DNA of 64,000 nt, taken from contig CAZEGF010000008.1 of assembly GCA_964511965.1 (NCBI GenBank), forward strand, positions 3,497 through 67,496, given 5' to 3'. Numbering within the stretch: the stretch's first letter is position 1; each line of letters starts with the position of its first letter. The notes under the pieces are model-generated. The model was not told the origin of the DNA. It did no database searches and was given only the letters and a program-made list of their open reading frames with translations. The position numbers and the translations under genes are program-made. Source of the stretch: an uncultured Gammaproteobacteria bacterium. GTDB taxonomy: Bacteria; Patescibacteriota; Microgenomatia; Levybacterales; GWA1-39-11. Below are positions 20,595 through 29,240 of this stretch, piece by piece.

Positions 20595-22700
20595 ATGGAC
20601 AAAGTATACGACCATACAAAAGTTGAAGATGCCTTATATCGAGAGTGGGAAGAAAAGGGGTATTTTAAACCAGAGGTAAACTCTGAAGGAGAACCGTATT
20701 CAATAATTCTACCCCCTCCAAACGCCAACGCGCCTCTACACTTCGGTCACGCAATGTATGTAATCGAAGACATACTTATCCGGTATCACCGCATGCGTGG
20801 ATTTAAAACCCTTTGGGAACCCGGAGCAGACCATGCCGGTTTTGAAACGCAATTTGTTTTCGAGAAAAAATTAGCAGAGCAGGGGAAGAGTAGATTCGAT
20901 TTTGATCGGGAAACACTGTACCAGATGATTTTAGAATTTGTGCAGGGGAATAGGCCTGTCATGGAAGGGCAATTAAGGAAATTAGGTTTTTCTCTTGATT
21001 GGTCGCGAAAAAAACTCACTATAGACCCCGAAATTGTAGCAATTGTATACAAAAACTTTAAAAAACTGTACGACGACGGATTGGCATATAGAGCAAAGCG
21101 ATTAGTTAACTATTGTACGTTTGATGGAACTTCTTTTTCAGACCTGGAGGTTATTCATGAAGAGAGACAAAGTCCACTGTATTACATAAAGTACGGGCCA
21201 CTTGTTTTAGCAACAACCAGACCTGAGACGAAATTCGGAGATACAGCAGTTGCAGTCAATCCTAACGATGAACGATATAAGAAATATGTTGGAACGGAGT
21301 TGGATATAGAAACCGTTTTGGGAAAATCAAAAATAAAAGTAGTTGCAGATGAAATGGTTGATATGGAATTTGGAACCGGAGTTGTAAAAATTACCCCGGC
21401 GCATGACTTTAATGATTTTGATGTTGCTAAAAGACACGATCTTCCTCTCAAGCAAGTAATCGGGTTTGATGGAAGGATGATGGAGGAGGCTGGAGAATTT
21501 GCGGGTCTTTATGTTAAGCAAGCAAGAAAAGCAGTCGTTGAGAAGATGCAGGAAAAAGGTCTTATTGAAAAAATTGATGAGAATTATAATAACAGAGTAG
21601 GACTTTGTTATAAATGTAAAAATGTTTTGGAACCGTTGCCACTTGAGCAATGGTTTATAAAAATGGAGCCACTAGCACGACCCGCTATCGATGCTGTTAA
21701 AAATGGAGACACAAAAATATATCCAGTAAGTTTTGATAAATTGTATTTTCAATTTCTAGAAAACATTCGTGATTGGAATATTAGTAGACAAGTGGTGTGG
21801 GGAATTAGAATACCTGCATGGAAAAATAAAAAGACAGGAGAGTGGATGGTAACAGATGGAAAAGCTCCAGAAGGGGAGGAATGGGAACAGGACAGTGACA
21901 CTTTTGACACATGGTTTTCCTCTTCTCAATGGCCTTTTGCAACTCTCATGACAACTAATGAGAATGATTACGAGACTTTTTATCCGACAAACGTCATGGA
22001 GACGGGGTACGACATTTTACGATGGTGGGTGGCTCGCATGATGATGATGGGATTATATGCAACCGGAAAAGTTCCTTTCAAAAACGTTGTTTTACATGGA
22101 CTTGTGAATGACCCTCTTGGTAAAAAAATGAGTAAATCAAAAGGAAATGTGGTAAATCCTCTTGAGTTGGTTGATCAATATGGGGCAGATGCAGTGAGAT
22201 TTGCCCTCGTGTATGGTACTGCTTTGGGAAATGATCAAGCATTATCTTATCCAAAATTGGAGGCAGCTCGACGTTTTACCAATAAACTCTGGAATATTGC
22301 TCGTTTTGTTGAAATGAAAAGTGAAGCTCTAAATGCGAAATACGAAAACCAAAACATAAAACTTTCTGAACTGAAAGCGTTTGCAAAGAACGAAATAGAT
22401 AAACAGTGGGTAGAAAAGGTTGCATCTCTTGTGTCTGAAGTAAGTAAAAACCTTGAGAATTACCAATTTAATCATGTGACAGAAAAACTATATGAATTTA
22501 TCTGGCATCAATTTGCGGATATATATATTGAAGATGTGAAAAACAGAATTGATGAAAACAGTTTTACGATTCTCAATTCTTTATTCTCAATTCTCAATTC
22601 CATGCTTCATCCGATCATGCCATTTGTTACAGATGAGATCTACAGAAAATTAAATAAGTCCAAGGATTCGATCATGATTTCTGCCTGGCCTTCGAAATAA
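20595..22700 (+). CDS. valS: Valine--tRNA ligase (short form)
   Basis: PPPN...LHFGH, ATTRPET..GD, GTGVVKITPAHD, DWNISRQ..WG, KMSKS. Confidence 0.96.
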   Translation: MDKVYDHTKVEDALYREWEEKGYFKPEVNSEGEPYSIILPPPNANAPLHFGHAMYVIEDILIRYHRMRGFKTLWEPGADHAGFETQFVFEKKLAEQGKSRFDFDRETLYQMILEFVQGNRPVMEGQLRKLGFSLDWSRKKLTIDPEIVAIVYKNFKKLYDDGLAYRAKRLVNYCTFDGTSFSDLEVIHEERQSPLYYIKYGPLVLATTRPETKFGDTAVAVNPNDERYKKYVGTELDIETVLGKSKIKVVADEMVDMEFGTGVVKITPAHDFNDFDVAKRHDLPLKQVIGFDGRMMEEAGEFAGLYVKQARKAVVEKMQEKGLIEKIDENYNNRVGLCYKCKNVLEPLPLEQWFIKMEPLARPAIDAVKNGDTKIYPVSFDKLYFQFLENIRDWNISRQVVWGIRIPAWKNKKTGEWMVTDGKAPEGEEWEQDSDTFDTWFSSSQWPFATLMTTNENDYETFYPTNVMETGYDILRWWVARMMMMGLYATGKVPFKNVVLHGLVNDPLGKKMSKSKGNVVNPLELVDQYGADAVRFALVYGTALGNDQALSYPKLEAARRFTNKLWNIARFVEMKSEALNAKYENQNIKLSELKAFAKNEIDKQWVEKVASLVSEVSKNLENYQFNHVTEKLYEFIWHQFADIYIEDVKNRIDENSFTILNSLFSILNSMLHPIMPFVTDEIYRKLNKSKDSIMISAWPSK
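22569..22603. repeat. Heptamer array inside valS
   Basis: ATTCTCA ATTCTTT ATTCTCA ATTCTCA ATTCCAT, encoding ILNSLFSILNSM. Confidence 0.85.
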
Positions 22701-22702
22701 TT

Positions 22703-23176
22703 ATGATGCCTGAAATTATAGTAACAGAGCCTGAAGTTGTTGCCGCTTCCGTTATTTCTGAGGCGCTTTCTCTTCTTGAAGCAGGGCAAGAAGCAGACGT
22801 CCCGTTGTATTCTCATATTGGAAGAGCGGTGGGATTACCCAACAGGCTTCCTGCTAGATATTTTCGGTCTCAAGATAGGAGCTCTGAAATAGGAACATTT
22901 GTAGACAAACTTTTGGATGCGGATGTGGAAAGTCAAGCCGAATATAGCACGGTTGCCATCGGAGAACCTGAGCGGATTACTTACCACTGGCTTGTTGCTT
23001 CCTCGAAAAAACATCCTGGTCTGTTTGCTGTTAGTGAGGTTGCGTTGTTTGGAATAATGAAGGAACCCGTTGCATTAAGAGGAAGCATAATGGTAAGCCC
23101 CCAGAAAGATCTTTCAAATAGTCAAAGTTCGGATTTTAGTTACTTTATAGAGAACGTAATCTGCAAAAGGCAATAA
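22703..23176 (+). CDS. Hypothetical protein
   Basis: 157-aa ORF immediately after valS. Confidence 0.55.
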   Translation: MMPEIIVTEPEVVAASVISEALSLLEAGQEADVPLYSHIGRAVGLPNRLPARYFRSQDRSSEIGTFVDKLLDADVESQAEYSTVAIGEPERITYHWLVASSKKHPGLFAVSEVALFGIMKEPVALRGSIMVSPQKDLSNSQSSDFSYFIENVICKRQ

Positions 23177-23214
23177 TTTTGTTACCACATCATTTCTGAT
23201 ACACTTGAAATACT

Positions 23215-24024
23215 ATGTTTCTGCTTTTTGATATAGGGGGGACAACAACCCGTTTTGCTGTTTCATATACAGGTGACAAGATTGATGATGTAAAACTTTT
23301 TCCGACAAATCATGATTTTGATCAAGCGATGGAACAAATGAAAAGTGTAGCATCGGATTTTGCAAATGGAGAAAAGTACCATGCTGTTGTGGGGGGTGTT
23401 AGATCTTACAACAAAAAAAACGGAACACTTTTTGACCATCCGACAATACCTATGTGGGTGGGGATGCCATTATTAGATAAAATGAAAGAAACATGGGGAG
23501 ATGTATATATAGAAAATGACTGTGTGATGGTAGGACTTGGGGAAGCAGTCCATGGGGCAGGTAAGGACAATAAGATAGTTGCGTATGTGACTCTGTCTAC
23601 GGGAGTTGGTGGATGCCGAATAACCAATGGAAAACCTGATGATACAGATTACAGTTTTGAACCGGGAAACATGTTAATTAATGGACCTGAAGGGCAAGAT
23701 TTCTTGGAAAATATCGTTTCTGGGAGTGCAATTGAGAAAAGATATGGAGTATCTCCCTTTGATCTCACCGATGAAAATGCTTGGGAGGAAATTTCTGAGT
23801 ACGTATCAGTTGGACTTAATAATGTTGCTGTCATGTGGTCCCCTGATATAATTGTTCTTGGTGGGTCTGTGCCACAAAGAATTAACTTTGATAAAGTTAA
23901 TGAATATCTGAAAAAACATTGCAAAATTTATCCCGAAGTACCACTGGTTAAAATGGCTGAAATTGATGAGCAAGGTGGACTTTATGGAGCACTTGCCTAT
24001 ATTCAAAACCTTCCTATGAGGTGA
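23215..24024 (+). CDS. ROK family sugar kinase
   Basis: DIGGT, IENDC...GLGE...GAG, STGVGG, IVLGG. Confidence 0.9.
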   Translation: MFLLFDIGGTTTRFAVSYTGDKIDDVKLFPTNHDFDQAMEQMKSVASDFANGEKYHAVVGGVRSYNKKNGTLFDHPTIPMWVGMPLLDKMKETWGDVYIENDCVMVGLGEAVHGAGKDNKIVAYVTLSTGVGGCRITNGKPDDTDYSFEPGNMLINGPEGQDFLENIVSGSAIEKRYGVSPFDLTDENAWEEISEYVSVGLNNVAVMWSPDIIVLGGSVPQRINFDKVNEYLKKHCKIYPEVPLVKMAEIDEQGGLYGALAYIQNLPMR

Positions 24025-24667
24025 GGGCAGCTAGTTTTAACAATTTGTTTGGGAATAAAATCGTATAATACCCGGTTTCCCTGCTAATAATTCCATCAAC
24101 AACCAGTTTGTTAATCTCTATACTGGTGGTTTCGCGACTAATTCCGGCTAAATCAGCAATATCCTGCTGGGTAAGTCGAAGAGGTATAACTATTTTTCCG
24201 TTTTCTCCATTTCCAAATCGCTCACCCAATATATGAATGATGGATGATACTTTTTGTGTTGCACTTCCAAAAGCCATTTGTTCCATTCTTTGCATAAGAC
24301 CTCTCATTCGTATTGAAATGTTTTGAGCAATCATAAATTGAACATCCGGATTTTGCTCAAGAAAAAGTAAAAATGATTCACGGTTTTTTTCAAGAATTGA
24401 GCAATCTGTCATAGCTCTGAAAGAATGCCCGTTATGGATCTTATTAAAAATCCAGCTATATGAAAACACATCTTCAGGTTTGAATATGAAAAGAGTAAAT
24501 TCCCGTCCATCATTTGAATTTGCAGAGTCTTTTATATAACCTCTTTTTAAATAGAATGCTGCATTACTATGATCACCAGCACGAAGTACAATTTCGCCTT
24601 TTTTAAAATAACTTGGCCTAGAAGAAGAAAAAAAATTCTTTAATTTCTCTCTTGGAGTTGGATCCAT
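24014..24667 (-). CDS. Crp/Fnr family transcriptional regulator
   Basis: cNMP-binding-like N-terminus; HTH LTQQDIADLAGISRETTS. Confidence 0.92.
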   Translation of the reverse strand: MDPTPREKLKNFFSSSRPSYFKKGEIVLRAGDHSNAAFYLKRGYIKDSANSNDGREFTLFIFKPEDVFSYSWIFNKIHNGHSFRAMTDCSILEKNRESFLLFLEQNPDVQFMIAQNISIRMRGLMQRMEQMAFGSATQKVSSIIHILGERFGNGENGKIVIPLRLTQQDIADLAGISRETTSIEINKLVVDGIISRETGYYTILFPNKLLKLAALTS

Positions 24668-24697
24668 TGTCCCGCTGCAGTATAACAGGTAAGAAAA

Positions 24698-24715
24698 GTG
24701 TTAGCAACTTAACAC
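24698..24715. promoter_or_regulatory. CRP-like palindromic operator
   Basis: GTGTTA-GCAACT-TAACAC (TGTTA-N6-TAACA) just upstream of the Crp/Fnr gene. Confidence 0.65.
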
Positions 24716-24772
24716 ACATTCTGTAATTTTAATTACTGAACTGGGGAAAATTTGGTGTTATCTTATTTCAGG

Positions 24773-25426
24773 ATGAAAAATAAAGAGTTCTTTTTTAAAG
24801 ATAGATTAACTGATTCTCAAATTGAGAAGTTCAAACTATTTGAAAATGAGGAGCTTATTTTTGCATGTCGCGAGCATTGGTTACCCCTAGTATTTAGACT
24901 TCTACAAACGTTTTTATTAGGTATTTTCATGGCAGCGGCTTGTTCTTCAATATTTATTCTACTCATCCATAATATAGTTCTTGCAGCAAGTGCATTTTTC
25001 CTAGTCATGCTTATTACGGGAATGATATCAGTGAGAGTATTAGTGCATTGGAGTTTTCATATGTATATCGCAACAAATAAACAGATCATAGAAGTTCATT
25101 ATAATCCGTTAATTTCTCACGCTATAAATTCTGTACTTTTAGATCAAATTAGATGCACTGAAATAGATGTTGAGATGTATGGGATAATACCTGAACTATT
25201 AGGAATTGGGAATGTGGAGATAACTTTTGATAGACCAACACACAAAGAAGAATTTATTATTAAAGATATTCGCTCGCCTCGAACAATAGCAAATCTATTG
25301 TCAGCGCAAATTCATCAAGTTGGTAATTCGAATCGTCAACAAACTATCCAGCCTCTTTGGGCTCGAGAACTCAAAACCAATAAATATCGCTTTATAGGCG
25401 ATGTTAATTATGGATATTCAAGCTAA
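24773..25426 (+). CDS. Membrane protein with bacterial PH-like domain
   Basis: R.HW motif, two TMs, TN.QII, G....LLG.GNV.I; start moved to ATG 24773. Confidence 0.7.
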   Translation: MKNKEFFFKDRLTDSQIEKFKLFENEELIFACREHWLPLVFRLLQTFLLGIFMAAACSSIFILLIHNIVLAASAFFLVMLITGMISVRVLVHWSFHMYIATNKQIIEVHYNPLISHAINSVLLDQIRCTEIDVEMYGIIPELLGIGNVEITFDRPTHKEEFIIKDIRSPRTIANLLSAQIHQVGNSNRQQTIQPLWARELKTNKYRFIGDVNYGYSS

Positions 25427-25643
25427 TCTTATGAATGCAATAATTACAACAATTAAAATCATTTTTTTACTAGCAGGAGGAATTATTGCTCTCATACATT
25501 ATTTTCAAATTAAAGAGGCAAATAAAATGGAGAGAAAAATGAGCATAACTCTTCCTGCTGCAGTCCATTTTAGTATGACAGTTCAACTTGTGGTTTCCTT
25601 GATATTTGTTTTTGCCTCAACTATTTATCTTTTTATTTTCTAA
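25410..25643 (+). CDS. Small two-TM membrane protein
   Basis: Two hydrophobic segments; overlaps upstream stop. Confidence 0.6.
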   Translation: MDIQANLMNAIITTIKIIFLLAGGIIALIHYFQIKEANKMERKMSITLPAAVHFSMTVQLVVSLIFVFASTIYLFIF

Positions 25644-25687
25644 TAGTTTGCCTTGAAGTTTGTATAAAATCTCTCTAAAATAGGAGA

Positions 25688-26059
25688 GTGAAAAATTATC
25701 TCCGCAGAATTACCGGGTTATTACCGAAAAATGGACAACTTGCTTATAGATTATCAAGTTTTTTCTTTTTGTTATTTCTAATTTTAGCAGGGATTTTGCT
25801 TCAAACACTCGTGTTTTTGAATGATAAAACAGTATCTGCAAAGCTCCAATTTGAAAGTCGCGGTAAAGATTTTGAATATTGGAGTAGTGTTGCGAAGCAA
25901 TATCCAAGTATCCCGGATGTTTTATATAATGCTTCACTTAGTGCATTAAATGATAATAAGAAAAAAGAAGCTACTGAGTATATTGATAAAGCGTTACAAA
26001 TTGATCCATTATTTAGAAAAGCACAGGAATTAAAAAGTGAAATTAATGAACGTGGGTAA
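25688..26059 (+). CDS. Membrane-anchored TPR-like protein
   Basis: TM followed by A..YIDKALQIDP. Confidence 0.7.
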   Translation: MKNYLRRITGLLPKNGQLAYRLSSFFFLLFLILAGILLQTLVFLNDKTVSAKLQFESRGKDFEYWSSVAKQYPSIPDVLYNASLSALNDNKKKEATEYIDKALQIDPLFRKAQELKSEINERG

Positions 26060-26063
26060 GTAA

Positions 26064-26777
26064 TTATTCTGATGCTTTTTCAGCATCAGCGGATTCTTCT
26101 TTTGATTCATCCTCTGCTTCGGTAGTTTCTCCTTCAGCTCCTTTTTCCCCTTCTGCGGTTGTTTCTTCTGAAGCAGCTTCAGCTGCGGCTTCTTCTTCAG
26201 CAGCAAGTTCTTCTGCTTCTTCGCTTACGAGTTCAGCGATTCTAAATACCATTTCAGTTGGTTCCGCTAATATTCCAACGCCAGTAGGCGCTTTAAGATC
26301 AGCAATAGTTAGACTGTCATCAATCTGAGAAAGACCTTCGATATTTATTTCAATGTGTTCAGGTAGATCAGCTGGAAGTGCTTCCACCTCAACTTCAGAT
26401 AGTGATTGCAATAAGACTCCAATTTTGTCCGCTACAGCTTTTGGTTCACCAACGCCAACAATTGGAATTGTAGCCTTAACTTTTTCTTTAAGATTTACTT
26501 TGAAGAAATCAGCATGAAGAGGAGTATGTGTAATTGGTTGAATATGTATATTTTGTATAAGAACAGGATGTGTTTCATTACCAACTGTAAGATCTACAAG
26601 ACCAGTCTCATGAACTTGGTTGTATACTTTTTGAAAGTCTTTTAAAGGGAGTTGTAGGGAAGTTGACTTAATTCCCTTTCCAAACATATTGGCAGGAAGT
26701 ATCCCTTCACGTCTTAAAAACTTCACTTTTTTACCTGTAATTGTCCTTTTTTCTGCCGTTAATGCTTCTCTTTTCAT
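26064..26777 (-). CDS. rplY: 50S ribosomal protein L25 (long form)
   Basis: LRREG.LPA, HADF, ALP.DLP.HI; acidic tail. Confidence 0.95.
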   Translation of the reverse strand: MKREALTAEKRTITGKKVKFLRREGILPANMFGKGIKSTSLQLPLKDFQKVYNQVHETGLVDLTVGNETHPVLIQNIHIQPITHTPLHADFFKVNLKEKVKATIPIVGVGEPKAVADKIGVLLQSLSEVEVEALPADLPEHIEINIEGLSQIDDSLTIADLKAPTGVGILAEPTEMVFRIAELVSEEAEELAAEEEAAAEAASEETTAEGEKGAEGETTEAEDESKEESADAEKASE

Positions 26778-26823
26778 ATTTGACTATTCTACTAAAGGAA
26801 GCTTGAAAACACAAGTGCACTCA

Positions 26824-26852
26824 TTGCATTTGAACCTAGCAAAAGGTATAAT
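26824..26852 (+). promoter_or_regulatory. tRNA promoter
   Basis: TTGCAT-17 bp-TATAAT, 10 nt before the tRNA. Confidence 0.7.
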
Positions 26853-26862
26853 ACTACAACTA

Positions 26863-26932
26863 CGCGGGGTAGTGTACGGCTGCACAGGAGGCTCATAATC
26901 TCCTAGATAAGGTTCAACTCCTTACTCCGCAA
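26863..26932 (+). tRNA. tRNA-Met(CAU), initiator-like
   Basis: CGCGGGG/CTCCGCA acceptor with C1xA72, anticodon arm GGAGG-CTCATAA-TCTCC, T arm TAAGG-TTCAACT-CCTTA; no encoded CCA. Confidence 0.85.
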
Positions 26933-27035
26933 CAAAATTCGAAGAATTTTGGGGAGGAGCAAACTCTGTTTACTCCGCAACACATTCGGCAAGCTCAGTG
27001 TCAGGAGCAAGATTTTCTTACTCCGCAACAAAATT
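26921..27035 (+). repeat. tRNA-3'-end direct repeats with 48-nt period
   Basis: TTACTCCGCAACA at 26922, 26970 and 27018; copies 1 and 3 share 19 identical nt. Confidence 0.9.
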
Positions 27036-27384
27036 AGAAAAACAATCTCCACCATTGTTCCCAATTGGGTGAATTATCAATTTGTATTTCCACTGACTTT
27101 TTATCAATTTGGGGTGGAGCAAGTACGATATGTTCTCCAGGCTTTACCATCCCAAGCTTTTCTCTTGCTTCATTTTCAACAAATTGCTGCGTATTTACAA
27201 AATAGAGCTGTTGTTTTAAAAATTGCTTTTTTTGCTTCTCTTCTTGCTCTTTTGCTTTTAAAGTAGTTACTATACGACTATTTTGCCTCAAAGTTAGAAT
27301 TGACCCAATTATATTCCTAATAATTAAGAGTAAGGATAATGCAATAAAAGTTAGGATTATGGTTTTTGTGTTGACAACGCGCAT
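27034..27384 (-). CDS. FtsB/DivIC septum formation initiator family
   Basis: TM, coiled coil, E..AREKLGMVKPGE. Confidence 0.85.
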   Translation of the reverse strand: MRVVNTKTIILTFIALSLLLIIRNIIGSILTLRQNSRIVTTLKAKEQEEKQKKQFLKQQLYFVNTQQFVENEAREKLGMVKPGEHIVLAPPQIDKKSVEIQIDNSPNWEQWWRLFF

Positions 27385-27399
27385 GTTTACTGATATTAT
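27371..27399 (+). promoter_or_regulatory. Near-consensus sigma70 promoter for the recombinase gene
   Basis: TTGACA-17 bp-TATTAT. Confidence 0.7.
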
Positions 27400-27447
27400 A
27401 GGCTCAAATTAAATTTAGGAACAAGGCTTTTGTGTTCAAAAATTATT

Positions 27448-28314
27448 ATGACCAACGTTTTACGTCTCAGGGACGCTCATGGAAAATTCCAGGACTTCCT
27501 CAAAACTAAGAATCGAGCGTCCGCAACCATATTAGCATATGGCAAAGATATCGAGCAATTGATTGAGTTTCTCGAAGCATTGGAAAAAAACAACATTCAC
27601 GAGATTAATGGAACGGATATCCAAGCATTTCTAACTAAGCTAAAAAACGAAGGATATACCCCAAAATCTCTATCAAGAAAACTTAATTCCACAAGAACAT
27701 TTTATAGATATTTAAAGGTTAATGAATTTGTAACCGACGACCCTTCATTGCTAGTGGAACACCCTAAATATGAGCTCAATCCTCCAAGAATGTTGTCTCC
27801 GCTAGAATATAGAGCATTAAGAGATGCAGCTTCAGTTGACTCAAGAATTTACGCTATTATTGAGGTACTCCTCCAAACTGGTATTAGGATTGGAGAGCTT
27901 GCAAACCTTAGAGTAGAAGATATTAATGACAATGCTCTTCATATTCGAACCTATGAAGGACATGAAGCTCGAGAAGTACCACTTAATAGACGTGCTAAAG
28001 AAGCGTTAAAAAGATATATGGAAACACGGGCAAAAACAGAGGACACGCACGTTTTTGTAACCAAAACTGGGAGACCATTTTTAGTAAGAAATATTAGAGA
28101 TGCAGTTGAAAGATACTTCAAAAAAGCCGGAATTGAAGATGTTAAGATTAATGATCTTCGACATACTTTTGTCGCACATCACCTCAAAAATGGAGTCTCA
28201 CTTGTGTTTCTGTCTCGCGTTTTAGGACACAAAAGACTCTCTTCAACAGAGCGATATTTGCAATACGTTAAAGACTACAAGTCCGGTGAGGCTACCTCTC
28301 TTCAAGAACTTTAA
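27448..28314 (+). CDS. XerC/XerD-like tyrosine recombinase
   Basis: N-terminal SAM-like domain, TGIRIGEL, NDLRHTF, LGH, TERY. Confidence 0.92.
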   Translation: MTNVLRLRDAHGKFQDFLKTKNRASATILAYGKDIEQLIEFLEALEKNNIHEINGTDIQAFLTKLKNEGYTPKSLSRKLNSTRTFYRYLKVNEFVTDDPSLLVEHPKYELNPPRMLSPLEYRALRDAASVDSRIYAIIEVLLQTGIRIGELANLRVEDINDNALHIRTYEGHEAREVPLNRRAKEALKRYMETRAKTEDTHVFVTKTGRPFLVRNIRDAVERYFKKAGIEDVKINDLRHTFVAHHLKNGVSLVFLSRVLGHKRLSSTERYLQYVKDYKSGEATSLQEL

Positions 28315-28344
28315 TTTTTTCTGTATTTGTGACATAGTAGAATC

Positions 28345-28848
28345 ATGGACCACCATTCCTATTCTGATGTCAAAACACTTATTTCCTGGTCAGCTCCCGG
28401 TAGACCTTTTCGTAAAAGAAGCAGAGAATTCTTTTATACGGGAATTCTACTAGTTTTTCTTATTGAGGTCATTTTATTTATTTTCTCTGAATATTTACTC
28501 ATGTTTGTAGTAGCAACTCTTTATTTTTTTTCAATTGCACTCGCAACAGTTCCACCTCAAAATTTTCATTACCGGATTAGTACTCAGGGCATAAAAGTAG
28601 AAGACCATTTCTTCATATGGGAAGAACTGTACGATTTTTATTTTAAGAAAATTGAGGGGGTTGAGGTTCTTATAGTACGCACAAAAAACATGTTACCGGG
28701 GGAGTTGAAAATTTCTTTAGGTGAAGTACCAATGGATCACGTCAGACGTGTCTTGATAGGCTACTTGCCCTATAGGGAGGTTGTAAAATCATCATTTATG
28801 GATAGAAGTGGTGACTGGTTAGCGCATAATTTCCCCCTTGAACATTAG
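28345..28848 (+). CDS. Two-TM hypothetical protein
   Basis: W.AP.RPF..R N-terminus, two TMs, soluble C-terminal domain. Confidence 0.7.
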   Translation: MDHHSYSDVKTLISWSAPGRPFRKRSREFFYTGILLVFLIEVILFIFSEYLLMFVVATLYFFSIALATVPPQNFHYRISTQGIKVEDHFFIWEELYDFYFKKIEGVEVLIVRTKNMLPGELKISLGEVPMDHVRRVLIGYLPYREVVKSSFMDRSGDWLAHNFPLEH

Positions 28849-28885
28849 TTTTATAGGTCATTTTGTTTTATAATACACCAAGCAT

Positions 28886-28958
28886 GCACTCGTAGCTCAA
28901 TGGATAGAGCACTGGATTGCGGATCCAGAGGTTGGTGGTTCGACCCCACTCGGGTGCG
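28886..28958 (+). tRNA. tRNA-Arg(GCG)
   Basis: GCACTCG/CGGGTGC acceptor; CTGGA-TTGCGGA-TCCAG anticodon arm. Confidence 0.92.
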
Positions 28959-29030
28959 CATCGAAGGGAGTAATTGGAGGGTTCGCATGAAATTTTCAAA
29001 GCAAAGAAAATATTCTGCGAATTAGTATCT

Positions 29031-29115
29031 GGAGGGTTCGCATAGTGGCCAATTGCACGAGTTTCGAAAACTCGAGGGATTCGTCCCTCCACAGGTTCAA
29101 ATCCTGTACCCTCCG
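29031..29115 (+). tRNA. tRNA-Ser(CGA)
   Basis: GGAGGGT/ACCCTCC; CGAGT-TTCGAAA-ACTCG; long variable arm. Confidence 0.93.
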
Positions 29116-29156
29116 CAAGCCGGCCCTTGTTAGCAAAGCTTGCAAGGGTAAGAATT

Positions 29157-29228
29157 GCCCTTGTAGTCTAATGGATAGAATGCGGGATTCCGGATCCTGT
29201 GATGCGGGTTCGACTCCCGCCGGGGGCG
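29157..29228 (+). tRNA. tRNA-Arg(CCG)
   Basis: GCCCTTG/CGGGGGC; CGGGA-TTCCGGA-TCCTG. Confidence 0.9.
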
Positions 29229-29240
29229 CACATTAAAGAC

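Noticed and set aside
26921-27035. CRISPR array
   Set aside because: Only three short repeats, identical to a tRNA 3' end; the spacers are related hairpins; no cas genes in the window.
28868-29236. Short ORFs over the tRNA cluster
   Set aside because: They overlap well-formed tRNA genes and are spurious.
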